Below are positions 55,632 through 64,000 of a stretch of DNA of 64,000 bases, one piece after another. The stretch spans positions 1,418-65,417 of the forward strand of contig NZ_DATCMV010000179.1 of NCBI RefSeq assembly GCF_036563125.1, written 5' to 3'. Made by a program: the position numbers and the translations under genes. Position 1 is the stretch's first letter; every line of letters begins with the position of its first letter. This stretch comes from Microbulbifer sp. (GTDB lineage: Bacteria > Pseudomonadota > Gammaproteobacteria > Pseudomonadales > Cellvibrionaceae). The notes beneath the pieces are model-generated. The model was given only the letters and a program-made list of their open reading frames with translations. It was not told where the DNA came from and ran no database searches.

Positions 55632-56633
55632 CTTGCCGATGGTGCGCCCGGTTTCCAGTTGCCGGTGTGCCAGGCGCAAATTGGTCGCATTGATTGGCTC
55701 CACCGTGTCACTGACGGTGGTCACCAGTGTTTCGTTATCCACCAGTTTTGCGATCTGTTCCAGTATCCAGCCCTGGCGATCCATGTCATCGGTTGCAAAC
55801 TTGCTGCGGGTGAACATGAACTCCCACACAAATGTCGCGCTTTTGGGCTTCAGCAGGTTCAGCGGCAGGGGCTCTTTATTGTCCACCACACAGCAGATTT
55901 TCCCCTGCGGCTTGATGGCGTTGGCCATCGCCGCGAAGTGCTGATCGGTATCGGCGAGGCAGAGTATGTAATCCACCTCGGGGATCCCGATATCCTTAAG
56001 CTCCTCATCCACCGGGTTGCGGTGATTGACCACATGGCTCGCGCCCATCTGTTTTACCCAGAAGCTGGATTTGGTGCGCGATGCGGTGGCGATGACTTTG
56101 AGTTTGGCGAGCGAGCGCGCCAGCTGGATCGCCATGGAACCCACGCCGCCGGCGCCGCCAATGATCAGGATGGACTTGCCGGCATCTGTTCCCGTGCTGC
56201 TGATTTCGAGCCGGTCAAACAGTGCTTCCCAGGCGGTGAGGCTGGTCAGTGGCAGCGCTGCGGCTGCGGAGTAGTCCTGGGTACGGGGTATGCGGGCGGT
56301 AATGCGCGCGTCCACCAGCTGGTATTCGCTGTAACAGCCCGGGCGGGTGATATCACCGGCATAGTACACCCGGTCGCCGGGCGTGAAGCTTTCCACCGCA
56401 CTGCCAACGGCCACGACTTCACCGGCGGCATCCCAGCCGAGGATTTTTGGTGTCGCTTCCACAATGGCGTCGGGTTTGGGGGCGCGGACTTTGGTGTCCA
56501 CCGGATTGACCGCGATTGCCTTGACCGCCACCAGCAGGTCCCGCGGGCCGGGTTCCGGCCGGTCTATCTGCAGGTCAAGCAGGGAATCTTCAGCGTCAAT
56601 GGGCAGGTATTGGAAAAGGCCGACAGCTTTCAC
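55608..56633 (-). CDS. Zinc-binding alcohol dehydrogenase / quinone oxidoreductase family protein
   Basis: AVNPVDTKVR, LGWDAAG, AAALPLTSLTAWEALFDRL, GGAGGVGS, WEFMFTRS, GRTIGK.VL; 3' end overlaps mocA by 24 nt. Confidence 0.9.
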   Translation of the reverse strand: MKAVGLFQYLPIDAEDSLLDLQIDRPEPGPRDLLVAVKAIAVNPVDTKVRAPKPDAIVEATPKILGWDAAGEVVAVGSAVESFTPGDRVYYAGDITRPGCYSEYQLVDARITARIPRTQDYSAAAALPLTSLTAWEALFDRLEISSTGTDAGKSILIIGGAGGVGSMAIQLARSLAKLKVIATASRTKSSFWVKQMGASHVVNHRNPVDEELKDIGIPEVDYILCLADTDQHFAAMANAIKPQGKICCVVDNKEPLPLNLLKPKSATFVWEFMFTRSKFATDDMDRQGWILEQIAKLVDNETLVTTVSDTVEPINATNLRLAHRQLETGRTIGKLVLSGWE

Positions 56634-56787
56634 GCGGGAACTCCATGTCCGTTGAGTGCTTGGTTACGGGTGGGTAATCAATATCCCTGATTCAATTTTC
56701 GCGCCGGCGAGTGTGCTCAGGACGGCAGCGCTTTTGTAAACACGGTCGCAGTTTAGTTGAGCAGTTCTGCCGAGACTGTGATTTGTC

Positions 56788-57957
56788 TCAGACTTCCGCG
56801 GGGATATTGGACGGTCGGACAGGATTTGGTGCTTTCCGGGTCCCGGCCTTCTGCTTGAGGCTGCGTTTCTGCCACCACAGGTACACTCCAGTGCCGAACA
56901 GGAGCGCGGGCGCAAGCCCCGCAATCAGTACCAGCCAGCGTCCGACGATGCCCAGGGCATCGCCGTTATGCAGGGGAAACTGCCACCGCAGGATCTTGTT
57001 GCCCAGAGGAATCTCGGTGACATTCTGGGACATCAGGACCTCACCGGAATACTGGTCGATACGCACAATACTGGCGCCGTAGTTGGACCAGGCTTCGCCG
57101 GCTGCGCGGTAGGTGAGGCCGTAGCTGTCCTTGTTATCCACAGGCAGATAAATCCGTTTCAGAACACCACCGGGGAATACTGTTTCGCCGATGGCCGCCG
57201 CCTGGTCCGGCGTTATCGGGGTGCCGGATCCCCGCGTGGAGCCGGGGAGGGCGGGGCGAGGTTCCAGTTCGAACAAACTGCCCACTACCGCTTCAACCTG
57301 CGAGGGGAATACCAGGGTTACGCCGGAGAAACTGGTCATCAGCAGCATTGGCAGGAAGTAGATGCCGAACACCTTGTGGATATCAAAATAAAAGCGGAAG
57401 CGGTTGCCGGTGCGGGAAATTGTGAAAGCGCGCTTCCATTTACCACTGCCGCGCTTGTGCAATTTCGGCCACCACAAAACGGCACCGCTGATACAGAACA
57501 CCATCAGCAGCAGCCCCATAAAACCCACCACGGTTTTGCCGGTCTTGCCTGCGAGTAATGTGTAGTGCAGGCGATAGACCCAGGTCATGGTGCTGGTCGT
57601 GGTACCCCAGGTGCGCACCGCGAGTACTTCCGCATCGGTGGGCGACACGCTGACTTCCACCGGGCCCGGTGCACCTTCTGGCGTGGGGAAGCGGACAACG
57701 TGGGGGCTGCCCGGCTGGCGCTGGGTCATCAGTCGGGTGGGCGCGGGATTGCCCGGCACTGCCGCCCGGGCGGCGGTGAGGATATCCGCGTAGCTGGCTG
57801 CTTGGGCACTGGGATTGAAGCGGACGGTGTGCGGCGCAAGTTTTTCGTCCAGCGCGTGATCGAACACCAGCAGGCTGCCGGTCAATCCGATAAGCGCAAG
57901 CAGCAGGCCGAGAGTGAGGCCCGCGTACTTGTGAAGGATGAAAAAGGTTTTGCGCAT
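56788..57957 (-). CDS. PepSY-associated TM-helix protein (siderophore-iron utilisation type)
   Basis: LHKYAGL.LG...GLTGSLLVF, W.YRLHYTLL, SG..LWWP, DIH..FG, PLHNG...G..GR, G.YLWW. Confidence 0.88.
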   Translation of the reverse strand: MRKTFFILHKYAGLTLGLLLALIGLTGSLLVFDHALDEKLAPHTVRFNPSAQAASYADILTAARAAVPGNPAPTRLMTQRQPGSPHVVRFPTPEGAPGPVEVSVSPTDAEVLAVRTWGTTTSTMTWVYRLHYTLLAGKTGKTVVGFMGLLLMVFCISGAVLWWPKLHKRGSGKWKRAFTISRTGNRFRFYFDIHKVFGIYFLPMLLMTSFSGVTLVFPSQVEAVVGSLFELEPRPALPGSTRGSGTPITPDQAAAIGETVFPGGVLKRIYLPVDNKDSYGLTYRAAGEAWSNYGASIVRIDQYSGEVLMSQNVTEIPLGNKILRWQFPLHNGDALGIVGRWLVLIAGLAPALLFGTGVYLWWQKRSLKQKAGTRKAPNPVRPSNIPAEV

Positions 57958-57997
57958 GCACACCTCAGGCCGCCGCTCCTGCTGCCGCCGGAATCCA

Positions 57998-58019
57998 GAT
58001 ACCCGCTTGCGCGGGTATC
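57998..58019. other. Intercistronic hairpin between the receptor and PepSY genes
   Basis: GATACCCGC-TTGC-GCGGGTATC perfect 9-bp stem without a U-tract. Confidence 0.45.
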
Positions 58020-58030
58020 ACGGGACTCAA

Positions 58031-60145
58031 TTAAAACACTTTCGAGTAAGACAGATTCACGCTGCGCCCGAGGCCCATGAAGTTGCGGGCATCGTTACCT
58101 GCGGTCTGGGAGTAGTAGGTGAAGTAGTCTTCGTTGGTCAGGTTCTGGAGCCCCAGCGCAAACTCACCACCGAGCGCTTTCAGCTGTGCACTGGCATCGA
58201 TGATGGTGTAACCGTCGAATTCGGTGGTCACCACCCCGGCGCTGTTTTCAAAGTCCCGATCCAGCAGCCAGTTGGCCTGCAGGCGGGTGCTGAATACGTC
58301 GTTCCAGTTGCGCGCCCAGCTCAGGTTGAAGCGGTTGGGGGCGATGTTGCGGCCGTCCAGGTCGGTGTCCACCTTGCCGTCGTCGTTGGAGTCGTAGCGA
58401 CCCTTGGTGTAGGCGTAGCGGGCTTCCAGGGTGTCGGTTTCCGTTACAAACCACTGACCGCGCAATTCTACACCGTCGATCTCGGTTTGCTCGCGGCTGA
58501 CACTGTAAATGCCATCGCTGCCGAGGTTCAGGCGCTGGCCGAAGTCGGAGTCGGAGGTGTAGTAGGCCAGCTGTGCAGTAAATTTATCGCCGCTGAAGTC
58601 CACACCGATTTCCTGGTTTTCGGTCAGGATCGGTTTCAGGTCGAGGAAGCTTTCCACATCCTGGTCCGGTTGGTTGATACCGCGCAGCACCCGGCCCACA
58701 TCCGGCATGGAGAAGCCTTCGGAGTAGTTGGCGTAAACCCGCAGGCCTTCGCTGATGGCATAGGTAGCGCCGATATTGCCGAGGGTTTCACTGAACTCCG
58801 GGTTGCCACCCTTCACGAACTGGCCGCCGTTATAGGAGTACAGAGTAGTGAAGTCATCCACCTGCAGTTCGGAGATTTCACGGCGCACACCGGCGGTGAT
58901 GGTCATGTGCTCTATACCGCTGAACTCCGCCTGCGCATAAGGAGCGATGTTTTTGTATTTGGTCGGCGGTACCCAGGCGCGGTTGGTGAGGATCAGCTGC
59001 TGCCAGGTTTCGTCCTGCAGCAGGTCCACACCGTAGGCGAGGCTCACTGGTGCGCCGGCAATTTCATCCTTGATCAAGGTCAGCTTCAGGCCGCGCTTTT
59101 CCGAGTTGTTCTGGGACTGGTCGAACACCACATCGCCGTAGGTGGGATCCTGGAAGGTACCGCTGGGGGTGCCGCCATAAGTACCGGCGAAGTCCTGGGA
59201 GAAAACCTGTGCGCGCAGTTTCTGGCCGAGGAAATCTTCCTTGGTGTACTGCAGGTTGATGGTGGTCACTTCGTTGGACGGTGATTTGCCCGGTACGTCC
59301 GCTTCGATCGCGGTGGTGGGAATGCCCTCGGAAATGTCACCGTCGACGCTCAACCAGTTGTTGTTGCCTTCCAGCAGGTAGTGATTGATGGTCAGCTGCA
59401 CACGCTGGTCGTCCCAGCTGTAGCCGGTCTTGATGAAGGCGTTGATGGTCTCGCTGTCCATGGTGTCGCCCTGGGTATTGTCGAAACCGACAATCTCACC
59501 ATTGGCGTCGTAGCTGATGCCGGTATTGCGGTAGGCCAGGCTCGCGAGTACATCGACGTCGTCCAGCTTGCTCGAGACACTGTAGCTGCCGTTGTAACCC
59601 AGGGTGTCGCTCAGTTCTTCCGGCTGCAGGTTGGATTCCACCCGCAGGCTCTGCTGGAATTCATCGCTGGGGGTGCGCGTCACCAGATTGATGATGCCGC
59701 CGGAGGCGCCCATGCCGTGGATGGCGTTGGCGCCGTGAATCACTTCCACCCGCTCCAGCATCAGCGGATCGATGGTGTGGCCGTCGCGACCGCCGTCGCG
59801 CAGCGGGTTGGACTGCGGCACGCCGTCGATCAGGTACAGCGGCTTGCGACCGCGCAGGCTCTCACCAGCGCTGGTCATCTTTTGACGGCTGGGGGAGAAG
59901 CTCGGGATCAGGTTGCCGAGGATGGTGGACAGGTCACTGGTGGCGGCCATCTGATTGGTCAGCTCCTGCTGGTCGATCAGGGTGACGGTATTGGGGATGG
60001 CGCTCAGGGGCTTCTCAGTACGGCTCGCGGTAACCACGACTTCTTCGGCAATGCGCGAATCGGTTTCTGCGGCATTGGCGATTGAGCTGGTGATTGAACT
60101 GACGGCGGCGATGGCCAGGGCTAGGGAAGTGCGTGTCCCGCGCAT
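58031..60145 (-). CDS. TonB-dependent siderophore receptor (IutA/RhtA-like)
   Basis: Signal peptide; EEVVVTASR TonB box; LRGR..L.LIDGVPQS.PLR.G.R, IERVEV-like LERVEVIHGA.A..G.GA.GGIIN; terminal Phe. Confidence 0.9.
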   Translation of the reverse strand: MRGTRTSLALAIAAVSSITSSIANAAETDSRIAEEVVVTASRTEKPLSAIPNTVTLIDQQELTNQMAATSDLSTILGNLIPSFSPSRQKMTSAGESLRGRKPLYLIDGVPQSNPLRDGGRDGHTIDPLMLERVEVIHGANAIHGMGASGGIINLVTRTPSDEFQQSLRVESNLQPEELSDTLGYNGSYSVSSKLDDVDVLASLAYRNTGISYDANGEIVGFDNTQGDTMDSETINAFIKTGYSWDDQRVQLTINHYLLEGNNNWLSVDGDISEGIPTTAIEADVPGKSPSNEVTTINLQYTKEDFLGQKLRAQVFSQDFAGTYGGTPSGTFQDPTYGDVVFDQSQNNSEKRGLKLTLIKDEIAGAPVSLAYGVDLLQDETWQQLILTNRAWVPPTKYKNIAPYAQAEFSGIEHMTITAGVRREISELQVDDFTTLYSYNGGQFVKGGNPEFSETLGNIGATYAISEGLRVYANYSEGFSMPDVGRVLRGINQPDQDVESFLDLKPILTENQEIGVDFSGDKFTAQLAYYTSDSDFGQRLNLGSDGIYSVSREQTEIDGVELRGQWFVTETDTLEARYAYTKGRYDSNDDGKVDTDLDGRNIAPNRFNLSWARNWNDVFSTRLQANWLLDRDFENSAGVVTTEFDGYTIIDASAQLKALGGEFALGLQNLTNEDYFTYYSQTAGNDARNFMGLGRSVNLSYSKVF

Positions 60146-60297
60146 GCTGAACTCCTCGGGCATTATTCGGTGATATTCGTTGTGAAACTTTGCTTATGTC
60201 TTGGACGCGACTGATTGTTCGAGTCTCATGGCGGGTATTCGATGGTGTTTCCGCCCGGGCGTCTGTCGCACCCGTTAATGTGGGGTGCGATCATAAG

Positions 60298-60316
60298 CGT
60301 AATGAGAATGCTTAGC
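60298..60316. promoter_or_regulatory. Fur box upstream of the TonB-dependent receptor
   Basis: CGTAATGAGAATGCTTAGC, 13/19 to GATAATGATAATCATTATC, about 150 nt upstream of the receptor start. Confidence 0.6.
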
Positions 60317-60421
60317 AATTAGGTTTTGCTGATGGCTTGGGGGGGGCGTTAATTAATTTCGCTGTGAGGCCCGTAATTACTGTTGTCAGATCAATGTGTG
60401 TAATTAAATGCCAGAAGTGAC

Positions 60422-60458
60422 TTGACTCCCCTAGGGGCGATCAATAGAATGCGCAGCC
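60422..60458 (+). promoter_or_regulatory. Sigma70 stable-RNA promoter for the tRNA-Met/rimP/nusA/infB operon
   Basis: TTGACT, 17 bp, TAGAAT, followed by a GC-rich discriminator GCGCAGCC. Confidence 0.85.
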
Positions 60459-60526
60459 TCTGAGCGGTTGGGGTCACCCACCGCAAGAAGTCGAAAACCT
60501 ACCAGGTCGGCTTCTAGGGTTGTTGG

Positions 60527-60603
<77 letters not shown>

Positions 60604-60659
60604 AATTTCCATTTATACTTCTCAAGTGGTAAGTGGTTGTCAAATCCCAGAGTTGTTGT

Positions 60660-60736
<77 letters not shown>

Positions 60737-60773
60737 AATTTTACAAAAGTGCTTCAGGGCGCTTTTGTGTAGT

Positions 60774-60797
60774 AAAAGCCCCTGTTAGGGGCTTTTT
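60774..60797 (+). terminator. Rho-independent terminator after the tRNAs
   Basis: AAAAGCCCC-TGTTA-GGGGCTTTTT. Confidence 0.8.
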
Positions 60798-60834
60798 CGT
60801 ATCTGCGGCAAATGGGGTTATCCTAGTTTGTCAT

Positions 60835-60906
60835 CCGAATGGGCCGGAAGTCGGCGCCGCGGTTTCTCATTCGGACCGTGGGGTCAGCTTCGCTGCCCAT
60901 TTTTTG
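60835..60906 (+). promoter_or_regulatory. rimP leader with a terminator-like hairpin and alternative pairings (probable attenuator)
   Basis: GGGtCAGC-TTC-GCTGCCC followed by ATTTTTT (60881-60905); AATGGGC (60838-44) can pair with GCCCATT (60895-901), or CCGAATG (60835-41) with CATTCGG (60868-74). Confidence 0.5.
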
Positions 60907-60989
60907 TTTTTGCAATCTGCCGCGGCAGTTGCACATCTGCCCCGCTAGTCGGCAGTACGGCTGACATGATCGCGGGCCAAAGTGGTGAT

Positions 60990-61466
60990 ATGGCAAGTAA
61001 GCGCGAACTTTTGGAAGAGCTTCTGGCTCCAGTGGTTGAATCGCTGGGGTGTGAGCTGTGGGGGATCGAATACCAGACCCATGGTCGCAACGCCCTGCTG
61101 CGCATTTATATCGACGCCGAAGAGGGCGTTACCGTGGAGGACTGCGAAAAGGTCAGTCGCCAGGCAAGCGCAGTGCTGGATGTGGAAGATCCGATCACCG
61201 GCAATTACACCCTGGAAGTTTCCTCCCCGGGTATGGACCGGCCGCTGTACAAACTCGAGCAGTTCGAGCGTTATACCGGTGCCCAGGTGGAAGTCCGCCT
61301 GCGTATGCCGCTGGAGGGCCAGCGCAAGTGGCGCGGCCTGCTGGCGGGCGTTGAGGGCGACGAAGTGGTCCTGCGTATCGACAGCGAAAATGAATACCTG
61401 CTGCCGATCGACAGTATTGAGCGAGCGAATGTCATTCCGCAGTTTGAGAGCGGAAAGAAGAAGTAA
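60990..61466 (+). CDS. rimP: Ribosome maturation factor RimP
   Basis: LG.ELWGIEY...LLRIYID...VTVEDC..VSRQ.S..LDVEDPI...Y.LEVSSPG.DRPL; position before nusA. Confidence 0.96.
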   Translation: MASKRELLEELLAPVVESLGCELWGIEYQTHGRNALLRIYIDAEEGVTVEDCEKVSRQASAVLDVEDPITGNYTLEVSSPGMDRPLYKLEQFERYTGAQVEVRLRMPLEGQRKWRGLLAGVEGDEVVLRIDSENEYLLPIDSIERANVIPQFESGKKK

Positions 61467-61643
61467 CGCGTTCGCTGCACTACCCGCGCTTGTATCTGCA
61501 GGCGCGGGTATCACAGTTTTGAGACCCGGGATTTCCGGGGATATTTTGTAGGGCAATGCAGAAGTAGCGGGTGGGAATGGCACGTGTGCCGCTCACCATG
61601 GCATTGAATTAAAAGCACGTAGCGTTTTTGAAGAGGCAGCTGC

Positions 61644-63140
61644 ATGAACAAAGAAATCTTGCTGGTAGCCGAAGCGGTTTCCAACGAGAAAGGCGTTGAC
61701 CGGGATATTATTTTCCAGGCAATCGAGGCGGCCCTGGCAACGGCCACCAAGAAACGCTACGACGAAGATTCCACCGTCCAGGTGATCATCAATCGTCGCA
61801 CCGGTGACTACGAAACTTTCCGCAGCTGGGAAGTGGTGGGCGACGAGACCCTCGCCGAGCTGGGTACCCAGTTCACTCTGGAAGAGGCTCACGAGAAAGA
61901 TCCCGAGCTGAAAGCTGGTGATGTGTATCGCGAGCAGGTGGAAAACGTCGAGTTCGGCCGCATCGCCGCGCAGACTGCCAAGCAGGTTATCGTGCAGAAA
62001 GTGCGCGAAGCCGAGCGCGCCAAGATCGTCGACGAATATCGCGATCGCGTCGGTGACCTGATCAGCGGCACCGTGAAAAAGGTGACTCGTGACTTTATCG
62101 CCGTGGACCTGGGCAACAATGCCGAAGCGCGCCTGCCGCGCGACCAGCTGGTTGGCCGTGAGATTTTCCGTCTCGGCGACCGCGTGCGCGCCATCCTGAA
62201 AGAAATCCTGCCGGAAGCCCGCGGCCCGCAGCTGATGCTGAGCCGCTCCTGCCCGGAAATGCTGATCGAACTGTTCCGCATTGAAGTGCCGGAAATCTCC
62301 GAACAGGTGATCGAGATCAAGGGCGCTGCGCGCGATCCGGGCCTGCGCGCCAAGATCGCAGTGAAAACCAACGACGGTCGTATCGATCCGGTGGGCGCCT
62401 GTGTGGGTATGCGCGGTGCACGTGTGCAGGCAGTTTCCAATGAACTGTCTGGCGAGCGTGTGGATATCGTGCTGTGGGACGACAACCCCGCCCAGTTCGT
62501 CATCAATGCCATGGCCCCGGCGGAAATCGAATCCATCGTAGTGGATGAAGATGCGGGCTCCATGGACGTGGCCGTGGCCGAAGAAAACCTGGCGATGGCC
62601 ATCGGCCGCAGCGGCCAGAACGTACGCCTGGCGTCCGAACTGACCGAGTGGCAGATCAACGTGATGAGCGTTGATGTGTGGCAGGCCAAGCAGGAAGCCG
62701 AATCCGGCAGCATCATGGAAGTCTTCATGGAGCGTCTGGATATCGATGAGGATGTGGCCAGCGTGTTGGTGGAAGAAGGTTTTACCAGCCTCGAGGAAGT
62801 GGCCTACGTACCGATGGAAGAAATGCTCACCATCGAGGGTTTCGACGCGGAAATCGCCGAAGAGCTGCGCGCCCGCGCCAAAGACGCCCTGCTGACCCAG
62901 GCGTTGGCTTCCGAAGAGCAACTGGATGCCGGTGAGCCCCAGGAAGACCTTCTGAACATGGAAGGCATGGATCGCCAGCTGGCATTCCAGCTCGCGAGCC
63001 GCGGTGTGGCCACCATGGAAGACCTCGCGGAGCAGGCGGTAGACGACCTGCTGGATATTGACGGTATGGACGAAGAGCGCGCCGCCGCACTGATCATGAA
63101 AGCCCGCGAACCCTGGTTCGCCGACGACAGTGGTCAATAA
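61644..63140 (+). CDS. nusA: Transcription factor NusA
   Basis: [18 protein letters not shown]...[22 protein letters not shown]...[12 protein letters not shown]...[15 protein letters not shown]. Confidence 0.98.
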   Translation: MNKEILLVAEAVSNEKGVDRDIIFQAIEAALATATKKRYDEDSTVQVIINRRTGDYETFRSWEVVGDETLAELGTQFTLEEAHEKDPELKAGDVYREQVENVEFGRIAAQTAKQVIVQKVREAERAKIVDEYRDRVGDLISGTVKKVTRDFIAVDLGNNAEARLPRDQLVGREIFRLGDRVRAILKEILPEARGPQLMLSRSCPEMLIELFRIEVPEISEQVIEIKGAARDPGLRAKIAVKTNDGRIDPVGACVGMRGARVQAVSNELSGERVDIVLWDDNPAQFVINAMAPAEIESIVVDEDAGSMDVAVAEENLAMAIGRSGQNVRLASELTEWQINVMSVDVWQAKQEAESGSIMEVFMERLDIDEDVASVLVEEGFTSLEEVAYVPMEEMLTIEGFDAEIAEELRARAKDALLTQALASEEQLDAGEPQEDLLNMEGMDRQLAFQLASRGVATMEDLAEQAVDDLLDIDGMDEERAAALIMKAREPWFADDSGQ

Positions 63141-63286
63141 GCCAAGTACCCAAGTGCCGGGCGAACGCCCGGCCACGCGCACCAACGTTGCGTGCGCGCC
63201 ACGAATTGCCTGCCATGCAGGTCAAGGGTGGAGCAGCAAAATGCATTGAAGCTGCTCTGCCACCAAGTGACTTTTTAGGAGAGAGA

Positions 63287-64000
63287 ATGGCCGAAGTAAC
63301 AGTTAGCGAACTCGCCAAATCGGTTGGTGCCACCGAAGAGCGTCTGCTCAAGCAGATGCAGGAGGCGGGTTTGCCCCACACTTCAGCGGATGCAAAGGTA
63401 TCTGCGGAAGAAAAACAGGTCCTGCTCAACTTCCTGAAAAGCAGTCACGGGGAGCAGAGTGCTTCACCTCGCAAAATCACCCTCCAGCGCAAGACCACCA
63501 CTACACTGAAAACCGGATCTGGCGCCGGCCGTAAAACAGTGAACGTGGAAGTGCGCAAGAAGCGTACCTACGTCAAGCGTGCAGACGCGGATGAAGCCGA
63601 GCAGCCAGAAGTAGATACCTCCGCCCTGTTGAAGGCCGAAGAAGAGCTGGCCGCAGCTGAGAAAGCCGCGGCCGAGCGCGCGCGCGCTGAACAGGAAGCC
63701 GCGGAAGCCGAAGCCAAGGTGCGTGCCGAAGCGGAAGCCAAGGCCCGCCAGGAAGCGGAAGAGGCTGCGAAGGCCGAAGCCGAAGCCAAGGCCGCAGAGG
63801 CTGCTGCGGTTGAATCCAAAGAGGCAGACAAGGCCGCGGAAGCCAAGCCCGAGCCGAAACCGGAACCCAAGCCTGAAGCACCGCCCGTTCGCTCCAGCTA
63901 CGTCGATGATATCGAAGCCATGCGCCTCGCTGCGATCGAGCGTCGCAAGAAAGAAGACGAGCGTGAAGCCGCGGAGCTGGAAGAGAAAAAAGCACGCGTG
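63287..64000 (+). CDS. infB: Translation initiation factor IF-2, 5' part (runs off the window; absent from the ORF track)
   Basis: AGGAG RBS; ATG at 63287 gives [15 protein letters not shown]...[35 protein letters not shown] and an Ala/Glu/Lys-rich linker. Confidence 0.96.
   Translation, partial: MAEVTVSELAKSVGATEERLLKQMQEAGLPHTSADAKVSAEEKQVLLNFLKSSHGEQSASPRKITLQRKTTTTLKTGSGAGRKTVNVEVRKKRTYVKRADADEAEQPEVDTSALLKAEEELAAAEKAAAERARAEQEAAEAEAKVRAEAEAKARQEAEEAAKAEAEAKAAEAAAVESKEADKAAEAKPEPKPEPKPEAPPVRSSYVDDIEAMRLAAIERRKKEDEREAAELEEKKARV

Noticed and set aside
61578-61593. TGGCAC-N5-CCGCT sigma54-like motif between rimP and nusA
   Set aside because: The -12 element is poor (CCGC instead of TTGC) and the context is a housekeeping sigma70 operon.
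63573-63995. Ala/Glu/Lys low-complexity repeats near the window end
   Set aside because: Normal IF-2 N-terminal linker; not a repeat element or CRISPR.

Overview
GC-rich gammaproteobacterial chromosome segment; the NusA, InfB and Moa sequences look Cellvibrionales/Microbulbifer-like, which is my impression and not a search result. From left to right: (1) 1-5 kb, three secreted or envelope proteins: a Cys-rich + glycoside-hydrolase-like + C39-peptidase protein, an SGNH hydrolase, and a DsbA-like/GspC-like fusion lipoprotein; (2) 5.3-15.7 kb, a complete thiosulfate-oxidation island, soxCDYZAXB, with divergent soxH-like, DsrE, SoxS-like thioredoxin and FadL-family genes, plus a CsoR/RcnR-family repressor and a matching-type operator in the divergent promoter; (3) 15.8-24.2 kb, yebC, an NCS2 permease, glycerate kinase, pyruvate kinase, a Moco riboswitch and moaABCDE; (4) 24.6-50.8 kb, a 26-kb envelope locus: TPR proteins, an ExbB/ExbD/ExbD motor and a TonB-like protein (resembling the Myxococcus Agl-Glt core), followed by a ~3500-aa DUF11/isopeptide-repeat adhesin and a 1700-aa multi-OmpA, giant beta-barrel protein carrying a SprA-like motif. 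CRP-type sites precede both units. This is the best candidate for an undescribed system; (5) 51-60 kb, an IorAB-like molybdoenzyme with xdhC and mocA, a Zn-ADH-family oxidoreductase, and a Fur-boxed TonB-dependent siderophore receptor with a PepSY protein; (6) 60.4-64 kb, two tandem initiator tRNA-Met genes, rimP, nusA and the 5' part of infB. No integrase, transposase, rRNA or CRISPR array was seen. All family assignments come from motif recognition by eye; no database search was run.
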